A stretch of 30,339 bases of DNA, from NCBI GenBank assembly GCA_043228905.1, contig JBHGNT010000375.1:1-30339 (forward strand), read 5' to 3'. A program made the position numbers and the translations under genes. This DNA comes from Azolla caroliniana (taxonomy: Eukaryota > Plantae > Polypodiophyta). Of the stretch, positions 19,739 through 30,339 are shown piece after piece (position 1 is the stretch's first letter; the number at the start of each line of letters is the position of its first letter). The notes below the pieces were generated by a model that was not told where the DNA came from, did not search any database, and was given only the letters and a program-made list of their open reading frames with translations.

Positions 19739-20617
19739 ATGGTTAGACCCATCACCATCACTAGTACTCTCTATTGCCTTCTATTTCTGCTGTCTTCATT
19801 TACACTACTGAGAACCTCCGATTCTTGCCGATGCCCTTCTCCGGTTCATGAATGCTGTGGACAAATCATCTCTCAAGGGTTGGAGTTTAAGCAACAGCAA
19901 TGAGAGCTGTTGTGATTGGGAAGGAGTGAGTTGTCATGATGTTTATGCACAAATTGTGGCCATTTCTCTCTCCAGCAAAGGTCTATATGGGAGGTTATCT
20001 CCAGGATTAGCCAACATTCCATCTCTTCAAGTTCTCGATGTTTCGAATAATGACATAGATGGGCCTCTCCCACAAGACCTCTCAACACTCTCATCCCTTC
20101 ACACTTAGATTTCCAGGCAAGCTCTCTGATGTATTAGGGAATTTCAGGTCTACACCTTCAAAAGTCGGGTGCTTTGGCCGGTCTTCAAGAAATGAATTTG
20201 AGTTTCAACGATTTGTCGGGAAACATCCCAGAGATAGTGGCTAATATGATCCGATCTACAATTCTACAATTGCTCGATTTATCACGCAACTCTCTCAACT
20301 CTCTCGATTTGTCATTGATGAAGCTCACTAATCTTGGTCAATTCAGTGTTTCATACAATCAATTGGAAGGTTTAATACCTCTCGGCAATAGATTCTCGAC
20401 GTTTTCTAACCAAAGTTATGAAGGAAACCCAGGACTGTGTGGTGCACCTTTAGCCTTTCAATGTGAGAATGAAGTCAATCCCAACTACTCTTCAAGTAGG
20501 AGAAAAATCCCTATTATAGCCACTAATATTCTTGAGCCAATTGGTGTGGTTATTGGTTATGTGGGAGTGCTAGTGGGTTGGTTAACTTGGAAGCTTACTA
20601 GGAGAAAGATTGGATAA
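19739..20617 (+). pseudogene. LRR-RLP copy C, internally deleted pseudogene
   Basis: MVRPITITSTLYCLL..SDSC start, then a 14-bp frameshift deletion at ~19828 and a ~1.16-kb deletion at ~20147 (joins A~11681 to A~12842). The C-terminal LRRs, TM and tail remain to TAA 20617. Confidence 0.92.
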
Positions 20618-21004
20618 GATTGGCCTAGAGGAAGTCTCAAAGTAAGTCCCCTTCATCTTCACTTAGATGATGAATTTTTAGGGATGGGGGAGATAAAAGA
20701 TCCATCCAAATTTGGACCTCCGAGTCTTCTTTTTATGGCCATGAAGGACATCCAAAGTTGATTGATGCTTATTTAAGCAAACCATTTGTGACTTCTATGT
20801 AACAAACTACATTCTTCAAATGCTTGGAGTTTTTCTTTCTTCAATACACATTTTGTATAAATATGTTGGTAAATTTGTGTTTTGTGCTTTCGTTCTCATT
20901 TCATACGAAAGAATGGTATGACAACTTCTTTTGTTTTACCACTCAATTTTAATATTAAGTTCTTGCTCATAAATATCCATGTTATGAGGTGTCCATATAC
21001 TCGA

Positions 21005-21275
<271 letters not shown>

Positions 21276-23471
21276 TAGAACGATGTTTACCAACTAGTGC
21301 AAGTCACTAGGAGCTCACAACACTTTATAGAACTTCAATCGGAGGTCCGAGTGAAAAGTAATAGTCATTTGAAGGTTTAGGATAAAACTACAGTTTACGG
21401 TGGTAACCAGTGGTATGACGGCAAAATGTATGGTTCAACTATCCGGAGCTTGCAACAAGAATGGCATACAATTTTATAATATGTGAATCGAAGTCTAGAA
21501 GCCCAAGCTACAACCTCCGAAAGGATCATTTTAAAATTTAAGTTTGTTAGGGACAAAATAGTAATTATGCCAAATGGGGGGTTGAGAATCAAAATAAAAT
21601 AGGGTCAGTTTTGTAATTTGTGAAAAGGTTGGGTCGTCAACCATTTAAAGGTCAAAAGTATGTATGTACAACTATCAAACCAAATCAAACTGAACTAACG
21701 TAAATGTGCACAAGTGACGAAGCTTATTGTGATGACTAAGCTCTGCTAACTGAGGAGCCCAAGGATCTTATGTATAAGACCCATTTAACCAACATTATAA
21801 AGGAAGCAAAAAAAAGCTCAAAGCAAACATTAGAAAGACTGGGAAAAGAAAGAAAAAAGGAATGGAAAAGGTCAATGTGCTATACTTGAAAGCCTTACCA
21901 AATAGAGGATGTGAATTCCACTTCCATTAAAGCACCTTTTGACGAACGAAACTTGTGAGAGCCATTCAATAAATTCAATTTCTTTTCTCAAAAACTTGGC
22001 ATCCGCTCATCCCCTTTATCACCACACCGTCTGCAACTATGCTCTTGTCATACCAATTGTCCCCAAATCATAGAACCTAGCGGTTGCTTAATGCTCATGC
22101 TTTAGCTGACATACAATTATATTTGACTAAACCTAAAATAGTTACTTTATTGCTAGTTATATTCTTTCAAAGAGGAAGTGTGTTGAGTTTGGAACTTACT
22201 CTTTTGTATTTATTTGACACTTTGGAGGTGTTTCCCATCATGTGCCATTGGCAACCCGACAACGCTTCTATACAAACCAATATTTCGTGTTACCTTTTGC
22301 ATAATTATTTAACAATGAATTTTTAAAACAAAAAACTCCTATTTATAAACTAAGGAAATTAGAAGAAATTTTGGATCTCAAATGTTATAACTTGTTATTC
22401 TAGTAGGTTATAGCTAATAATTTTATAAAATTACTTCACATTTGATGAATATTTCAAACGAATTTAACCCTTCAATTATCATAAGTTGTTTAAGCCACAG
22501 TTTGAAGTCGTTTAAACCATAAACCATGTTGTAGTTTGAAACCATTTAAACCACAAACTGTTAAGCCACTAAAGGCTCAAACCAAACCCTCTAACCCCCC
22601 AACCAAACGAAACCATTTGCAAGATACTAAACCTAAACCTAACCATTTAAATTGTTAAGATGTGGTTTTTATGCTCAAATTTGGTTGAAATCAAATATTT
22701 GTGAATAGCACACAAGAAGAGAGTAAATAGGCTTAAAATATCCATGCGAAGAGATCAAATCAAGCACGAGGAGTTGCCCTTGAAAGGGAAGAAACACTTT
22801 TAGAACAAATAGTATATACACATTGTTGTTTGGATGCCCAAGTTCCCCAAGAGCTTAGATATATGATGCTATCTTGAGTAGTAGAGAACAATTTTTCAAA
22901 TGTGCATTTGTTTCGAGGACAGAAAGAGAAGAGTCTAATAGGTCATATTTGACCTTGTAGAATAATAAAATCTCTCTCAAACTTGAGCATCCACTAATTG
23001 AAGTCTTTAAGAGGATTGACGATCATCTTCCCAATTTGGACGTGGCAGCATTTCCATGGCAATTCAACATGCATTACACCCATCTCCTTACAAGGTTGTT
23101 TGGGTTTTAACTAAACATTGGAGTGGAACTTGATGTTGATCTACTCTTCTACTCATATATCCACAATTTTTAAATGAAAGAATAGCCTACATCCTACCAA
23201 TACAATAGTCAATATTGGTTCCACGAAGTTATGAATCCACTTGTAGAGCCACCCGGAGTTCATGTGGCGACTCCCTTTCTTCAACAACACGCACACGCAC
23301 ACACATGCAATGTTTGCTAAAGTCCAAGCAACACTTCTTATGTTGCTATTCAACTAGCTATTGCTACAACGACTCCGCAATGAAAACCACACCAAGGAGC
23401 GTATTGATGATCATGATTGTGTTCATTGACTATATTAATCTTCCTAACCTAACATTCAACTACAACTACTT

Positions 23472-23648
23472 CACATCCTCTTGACATATTCTTTGTTTCA
23501 AGAACCCAAATACCATGAATTGCAACAAACTTGGACAAGACCTAGGTTTTGATATGAATGGTGGACACATCCTCTTGACAGATCTAGCATTCCAAGAACC
23601 CAAACTTAATAATTGCAACAAGCCTGGATGAGGCCCAGCTTTTGATAT
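23472..23648. repeat. Two degenerate ~94-bp tandem units
   Basis: CACATCCTCTTGACA...CAAGAACCCAAA...AATTGCAACAA...TTTTGATAT starts at 23472 and at 23566. Confidence 0.75.
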
Positions 23649-24635
23649 CAATGTTTGGGCTCAGCTTATGGTTTACCTTCTGTCGTTGTAATTTACCTAG
23701 AAATTTTGCAAACCTAAATCTTCCTATCAATAGTATGATTCCCTAAGGAGAGTTCCATTAGTATGAATCTCTTTTTGATGATGCATTCTAATAGTATAAT
23801 GTTCAAAAATTGAAGGATGAATCTTTAATTTATAATAGAAACTAAGATAAAATGGCGAAAAATGATGTGCATCTAGTACATCTATATTGAGCATAGTTCT
23901 TCATGAAATCTACTTTGTCTCTATGAATTTAAATATAACATTAATAAAATGCAATTTATCATTAATCATAGTTTCTTTCAATATCTCTCTCATGTTTGTT
24001 TTTCTTTTCTCTTGTTACCTTAGTGATATACACCATAACATTATGCTCATAAAATTTAGAGAAGCCATGTTTGATCCTTGCTATGAGCTTGGTCTTGTCT
24101 CGTTGACCCTCAAATTATTATTATCTAGGGAGTGGATTAGGCGTTCGTGTGCCCCCCCCAACAATTGGCAAGTTTATGGGTTATGTTTCTAGTAAACTAG
24201 TGAAACTATAACCTATACAATATTTTGTTGAATCTATTTTTAGCAATAATGAGAAGTTATTGAGTTGGGTTACACTTTGATGCTCAACAACCAATTTCTT
24301 TGTATTATTAATGAATCACCATGGCACTCACATGGCATCGTCGAGTTTCACCATGTGGATCATTACTCACATGACATCTTAAGGAATCACCACGGTGCTC
24401 AATCAGTTGCAAGATATAACCACGATGAATGTCCTGAAATTGGGATGTGTCAATCAACACGCAATCTCCGTGAGTCATTGTATACAACACAAAGTGTACC
24501 AAAGGACCAACACTTTGTCTATGTTAGACGCCTCGTAATACCATCATTAGTATGCTTATCAACCATATGATACCATACATATAATCTCCATCCCAATGTA
24601 CTACTATATTGTTCCTGACATTCATCATTGTAAGT

Positions 24636-26213
24636 TGTAACATTAGTGTTAAGAATTAGGTGATTAACTATGGGTTAATTAGTACCTAATTATATGATTA
24701 AGTTAAGCGCAGAAGATTAAGTGATATGTGTGAGAGGAAGAGAGAGAGGAAGTTAACACTTATGGATGACACAAGATGGGGGATGAGTAACTATATTAGA
24801 AAGCATCATCAAATACAAAAATACCATCAATGAGGTATATATAGATCTCATGTGCAAGGGTGCACATGTGTGAGGAGAATATAGGTACAACCGTGTAAGT
24901 CCTATATTAAATGACCTTGTGAGTGGTGGATCTAGAATATCCTGCTTAAGTACAAGGTCTTATTTAAGGAGTTATAGTCAACACTTCTAACTAGATTCTA
25001 TTTAGGTAACTACGAAGTTACATGGTTGACTAATGCACTAACTCTAGTTGAGCTTGATCTCTCAACAATTAGCAACGACTAACACACACCCCTCTCTAAT
25101 AAATGAATGGGTTTATATACACGATTGAAGACCCATATACAATGTTAAATGCCTAATTCCACTACCACGTTGTCGCGAAGTTTCGTGTGTGTGTTGTCCA
25201 AGCAGGACCATGGGGGTCTTAGACTAGGGAGTCAGAGGGGATTGGGAAGTAGAAGGCTCACGCTTAACCTTGATAGGTTCCTTGTTGTGCAAAGGGCCTT
25301 ATCGAGCTTTAGAGCTCATCGAGTGCTCTCTCGTTGAGCTTTCAACTCTTTGTCAACCTTGGCATCCGAATAGGTCTACGTTGGATCGTGTCAAGTGGAG
25401 GATCAACGTGAGCACGAGTCAATGGTGAATTCACGACAATGCTAAAAACGAGATTGGGACAAAACAAGTCACATATCCGAGCGGTATACTGACATGCACT
25501 CCTTGCAAAGCCATAAGGCAAAACCCTAAAAGTGATGTTAATATACTATGGAGGGATCGCACCTAAGTGTAGAACCTGTCGTCATGAGGTGACTACTAAT
25601 CACGGGCCTCTGGCGGTTGTGTAATTCATGTTTGTAACCGATGTGACGTTTGCAATTAGTATACCATCCACTTGCGGGTGACCGCCAACCTCTTGCCAGG
25701 GATCAATGTGTCACACATTCTTACTTACCTTGGCAACTCACATGCCATGAGTTTTGTGGTTGTTTGGATGCGTCAAACATTGCAAGTTAAGCGTGCTTGA
25801 CACAAAACAATACCTGGATGGGTGACCTCCCAGGAAGTCGCATTGCTATCAAGAGTGGACACACTCCGTATCCAAGTCGTATACCAACCCACACTCTTTG
25901 TATAGCCATAAGGAAAAACCCTAAAAGGAAGCGAGCACCAACGGCCTGCCACGTCCACACCACGCATGCAACAAGGAACAATGAAGAAGAGCACACACTC
26001 TCTCTTACTTTTCTACCCACTTCTCTCTCTCTCTCTCTCTCTTTTCACACGTGTGTAATTTCCCCTCTCTCTTGTTTTCCTCACTCATGTGAGAGATTCA
26101 CCCTTTCTTACTTTTAACTTTTACAAATTCATGTGCTTTCACACCCTTGGGCTTGGACGGCCTTGAACTCGTCTTGGGAATCATAGACGATTAAGGCCAT
26201 CCAATATTTTACA
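24636..26213. mobile_element. Possible LTR-derived insertion(s), unique to the C-D spacer
   Basis: Starts TGTAA and ends TTACA; has a degenerate tRNA-Met-PBS-like TGGCATCCGAA at ~25360 and contains a 5S-derived segment. No TSD found. Confidence 0.35.
25785..25839 (+). mobile_element. 5S rRNA-derived internal promoter segment (Cassandra-type LTR domain)
   Basis: AGTTAAGCGTGCTTG...GGATGGGTGACCTCCCAGGAAGTC matches plant 5S box A through box C; the 5' part of 5S rRNA is absent. Confidence 0.8.
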
Positions 26214-26261
26214 ACTAAATAAATAAAAAGGAGAAAGCAAAAAGAAACTAGATAAAAAGAA

Positions 26262-26267
<6 letters not shown>

Positions 26268-26308
<41 letters not shown>
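26268..26308. repeat. (GA)n microsatellite (further GA/CT tracts at ~26022-26041, 26395-26418, 26463-26478)
   Basis: Read directly from the sequence. Confidence 0.9.
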
Positions 26309-26310
<2 letters not shown>

Positions 26311-26682
26311 ACACCCATTGTAAGTAGTGTTTTTTACACACATATATAATTGTGATGAATTCGTTCCCATTATAATTGTGTGTTTTCACCAAAAAGAGAG
26401 AGAGAGAGAGAGAGAGAGTGCAACTTTTGGGGGGAGGAATTTTTTAATCCCATTTTTGCATGCTCTCTCTCTCTCTCCCTCCCTCTATCTCCCTCTCTTA
26501 TTTTTTATGATTGGGTAAATACCCTATTTTGTTGTACACCAATTGTCTTATGGGCCAAATTTGGCCTTAGAAGATGTTAATATGTCTTCTTTCTTTCTTT
26601 CTTTCTTTCTACACAGTATGTTTCCTATCTCCAAGCTTCTAGGTCAAAAGAGATTTCGAAGTGGGACATAGTTTACTCGAAT

Positions 26683-26750
26683 GGATGTAGCTCAGTTGGT
26701 AAGGTTGCCCCAATGGAGATGAGGTGGTCGTGGGTACAATCCCCTACATT
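26683..26750 (+). mobile_element. tRNA-derived SINE head or tRNA pseudogene
   Basis: A-box TAGCTCAGTTGG (26688-26699) and degenerate B-box GGTACAATCC (26733-26742) at tRNA-like spacing; no proper anticodon arm. Confidence 0.55.
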
Positions 26751-26850
26751 TCAATACTGGCATCTATTGAATTAAGAGATATATATGAAGTATATAATAA
26801 AGAGGTGAGAAATTTGGGTTATGTTAGGTATACTCTTTGTCTATGTACCT

Positions 26851-27161
26851 GAGGCTTTTCTCATAGGGAAAAATCTGCACATATATAATGGGAACGAATT
26901 CATCATATAATTTACCATCTCAAAGAAATAAGGCAAAGTGAAAGGAGGCTTTTCTCATAGGGAAAAATCTGCACATATATAATGGGAACGAATTCATCAT
27001 ATAATTTACCATCTCAAAGAAATAAGGCAAAGTGAAAGGAATTTGGGAAATCAAAGAAAAGAGGAAAAATCTGCACATTTGGAGCGAATTGATCATATAA
27101 TTTGCCATCTCAAAGAAGTAAGGCAAAGTGAAAGGAATTTGGGAAATCAAAGAAAAGAGGA
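26851..27161. repeat. 94-bp tandem duplication (26851-26944 = 26945-27038) plus a third diverged unit
   Basis: The first two units look identical by eye. The unit corresponds to a single-copy segment upstream of copies A and C. Confidence 0.9.
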
Positions 27162-27562
27162 GTTGAATTTGGGCAATTTCCATATGTATCTATGTATCTA
27201 TAAGTATGGATACTTTTATACATGCATATATGCAAATACACATATACATACATAATAGCTTTTGAAACAATGTACTCCTTTGTATCTATCTACTTTAGGC
27301 ATGGTTCCACCCATCACCATCACACTTTACATATGTAAAGCCTTGCTCTGTTTCCTTCAATATATTCCTTCTCCTCAATTTCCTAGCATTTATTTCACCT
27401 TTCTCATATCCATATCACCACCACCACCACCCTTACTACTGATAACAAATATCAAATTACATCTTAATGTCTAGATTCAACAACTGTACAAGAAGATGTA
27501 AAGATAACATGTCTACAAATGCTTCAAACTACTCCCTTTGCATGTATGTATCCACTCTAAAA

Positions 27563-28586
27563 ATGGTTAGACCCATCACCATTACTAGTAATTTGTATTG
27601 CTCTCTATTTCTCCTGTCCTCTCTTGGGCTTCTACAAACCTCCGATTCTTGCACAAGAGGAGATGCCGATGCCCTTCTCCAATTCATGAATTCTGTGAAC
27701 ACATCCAAGCTTGGAAGCATCTCTTTTCTTATGGCCATAAAGGACATCCAAAGATGGCTAATGCTCCTATAATCAAACCTTTTGTGAGTTGTACGAAACA
27801 AACTACGTTCAATGAGCGTCTTGGATTTTCTTTCATATGTACGCACATTGTATAAATGTTTATATAATCATGTTTTATGCAAATCTCGAGTCTAGTTTAT
27901 CTTCAATAATATAATGGATTTTATGGGTTGGTGACACAAAATGTCAATCAAATTGTGGAGCTTCTCTTTTTCATGATCATAAAGGACATCCAAAGAGTTG
28001 ACAACAACCTAACTGGATTGCAATTGGTGGTTATCAACCTTGACACAAAGTGAAAACTCTACTACGCAAACTTCCCAACCCTAGACGGTTTAGAATTTTT
28101 TACATCCTCAAATAACCTCTTTCACAATCTCCTTGAAGGGTCTATACCTTCAGAAGTTGGTGCTTTAGCCCATCTTGAATAATTGTCGAATTTGAGTTTC
28201 GACAACTTGTTGGGAAACATCCCAAAGACAATGGCTAATATGACTAATCTACAACTTCTTGATTTATCGCACAACTCTCTCACTGGTGGAATACCATTGT
28301 CATGGATGAAGCTCACTAATCTTGTTGACGTCAGTATTTCATTCAATCAGCTGGAGGGTTTAATATCTCTTGGCAATCAAAAGTTATCAAAGGAAACCCA
28401 AGACTATGTGGTACGCCTTTACCATTTCCATGTGAGAATGATGTCAATCCCAAATCCTCTCCCAATAGGAGAAAATGTCCCATTATAGTCATTGATATGC
28501 TTCAGCCAATTGGTGTGGTTATTGGTTATGTGGGAGTGCTAGTGGGTTGGTTAACTTGGAAGCTTTCTAGGAGAAAGGTTGGATAA
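27563..28586 (+). pseudogene. LRR-RLP copy D, scrambled pseudogene (N-terminus 27563-27705; 3'-flank-derived filler; island-to-TM part 27997-28586)
   Basis: MVRPITITSNLYCSL..DADALLQFMNSVNTS is followed by 3'UTR-like sequence, then VDNNLTGLQLVVINLD... with stops and a frameshift at ~28380. Confidence 0.9.
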
Positions 28587-28608
28587 GATTGACCTAGATA
28601 AAGTCTCA

Positions 28609-28711
28609 CACTGATCTTCTTGAGCCAATTGTGTGGTTATTGGTTGCGTTGTAGTACTAGTGGGTTGGTCAATGGTTAACTTGGAAGCTTACTAGGAGAA
28701 AGATTGGATAA
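28609..28711 (+). repeat. Second, decayed copy of the TM/tail-coding segment
   Basis: CACTGATCTTCTTGAGCCAATTG...AGGAGAAAGATTGGATAA repeats the end of the RLP CDS immediately after copy D. Confidence 0.9.
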
Positions 28712-30339
28712 AATTGGCCCGAAGAAAGTCTCCTTTATCTTCACTAAGATGATGATTTTTTAAGGATGGGGAAAAAAATGGATCCATCCAAATTTGGACC
28801 TTCTCTTTTCTTTATCACCATGTAGGACATCCAAAGTTTATTGATGCTTGTTAAGCAAACCTTTTGTGGCTTCTATGTAACAAAGCATATTCTTCAATTG
28901 GCTATATTTTCTTTCTTCTATACTATACATTTTGTATAAATATCGGTAAATTCATATTTTGTGCTTTCTCATTTCATGTGAAAGAATGATATGACAAATT
29001 CTTTTGTTTTACTGTTTAATTCTAATATGTTGTGCTCATAAATATCAATGTTATGAGGTGTCCATATACTTGAAAAAAATAAAAAATCAAATAGAATGAT
29101 GTTTAAATACATGGTATTGTAAAGTTGAGTCACTAGGAACTCAGAACACATTACAAAACTCGAATTAGTGGTCCAAGTGAAAAGTTTTGATCGTTTGAAG
29201 GTTTACAATAAAAATACAATTTACAATGGTAATCGAGAATCGAGATAAAGTACAGTCAATTCTATAATTTTTGAAATGGTTGGGTCGACCATTTAAAGGT
29301 TGAATGCATGTACAACTATCAAGTTGCTGGACCGAACCGATGTAAACGTGAACAGGGAGACAACCTATTGCACAGGCGCCGAGGCTGTATTGTGACGATT
29401 AAGTCTACTAACCAAGGAGCTCAAGGCTCTTATGTACAAGACACATTTTATGGGCATGAGAAAGGAAGCAAAAAAAGCTCAGTTAGAAAGGGTAAAGGAA
29501 TGGAAAAAGTTAATGTGGTTTACCTGAAAGCCTTCCCAAATAGAGGATGTGAATTCAAATTCCATCTTTTGACGAATGAAACTTGTAAGAGCCATTCAAT
29601 AAATTCAATTTCCTTTCCCAAAGACTTGGCATTTCGCTCATCCCCTTCGTCACCACACCATCCCCGACTACGCCCTTGTCATACCAATCATCCCCAAGTC
29701 ACAAAACCCCAACGGTTGCGATACATGACCACGACCTTTATGACAGGGATTGGTGGATGTGAAGAAGGAAGAAAATAATGTAGATTGCGGTGAAAAGTAG
29801 CAATCGGCAATAGTTTGGTTTAGGGTTCTCAACTTCAAATGTTAACCATTTAAACATCCTAAAACTTAAAGTAAACCAAACTACCGTGAAACCATTTAAA
29901 CCAGCTCTTTACGGGATTTCCAAGCTCAAACCAAACTATTCAAGAGACCCAAGTTTTTAAGCCATGGTTTCACGATCATGAAGTGCGCGTCACACGAGCA
30001 TGAGCAAGCATGGGACGTCTATGCGCAATTGGAGATGGAGGAGAGAGGCAAAAGTTAAATTTTTGTAAGGATTATTTTTGCGATGTTAAGTCTCGAACCC
30101 GTGAACTTCGTAATAGATTAAATCAGTTCCTCTAATATTTATATAATTGACATATTAACTTATGATTCAATACATCGTGTAAAACATGCTTCAACAAAAT
30201 GTGATTGTATTAATCAATATGAACTTATACCTTAGATTTCAAACCCACCTTTCTAGACTTTTTTGAGCCAGATTGCTCTCTCTACTATTGGTTGCTAAAT
30301 TCTGACTGCTTTTTCAAAATCTTTTGAAACAAAGACCTT

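Noticed and set aside
25785-25839. Functional 5S rRNA gene
   Set aside because: Only ~55 nt match; the 5' part and terminator are missing and the middle is diverged.
24626-26325. 10-bp direct repeat CATTGTAAGT (24626 and 26316) as a Mutator TSD
   Set aside because: No terminal inverted repeats inside it; plausible by chance in AT-rich DNA.
26683-26750. Functional tRNA gene
   Set aside because: B-box is mutated and no canonical cloverleaf or anticodon stem forms.
29308-29778. 156-aa ORF
   Set aside because: Lies in the paralogous spacer; the corresponding regions after B and C are not open and differ by frame-breaking indels.

Overview
Eukaryotic land-plant genomic DNA; the Tcn1-like element hints at a non-seed plant, which is inference only. 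Left third: a structurally complete but mutationally dead Ty3/Gypsy chromovirus (2745-8056; 350-bp LTRs with 9 differences, ATAAT target-site duplication, gag-PR-RT-RH-IN-chromodomain). It is nested in what looks like the 5' LTR of an older minus-strand LTR element with a tRNA-Arg PBS. The chromovirus has no tRNA PBS. Instead, an 11-nt site after the 5' LTR is complementary to its own predicted transcript 5' end (Tf1-type self-priming), and a perfect 12-bp LTR hairpin could hide that primer sequence in the 3' LTR copy only. Right two thirds: a tandem array of intronless PSKR/RLP2-like LRR receptor-like protein genes. Copy A (11260-13305) is intact. Copy B (14178-16103) lost its TM anchor through a 17-bp deletion, gained one LRR and carries a much older patch around a shortened island domain. 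Copies C and D are deleted or scrambled pseudogenes. The spacers are paralogous and contain a perfect (AAC)90 tract grown from a 2-unit seed, a Cassandra-type 5S rRNA-derived segment, a tRNA-derived SINE-like head and short tandem duplications. All comparisons were made by eye; no database searches were run.
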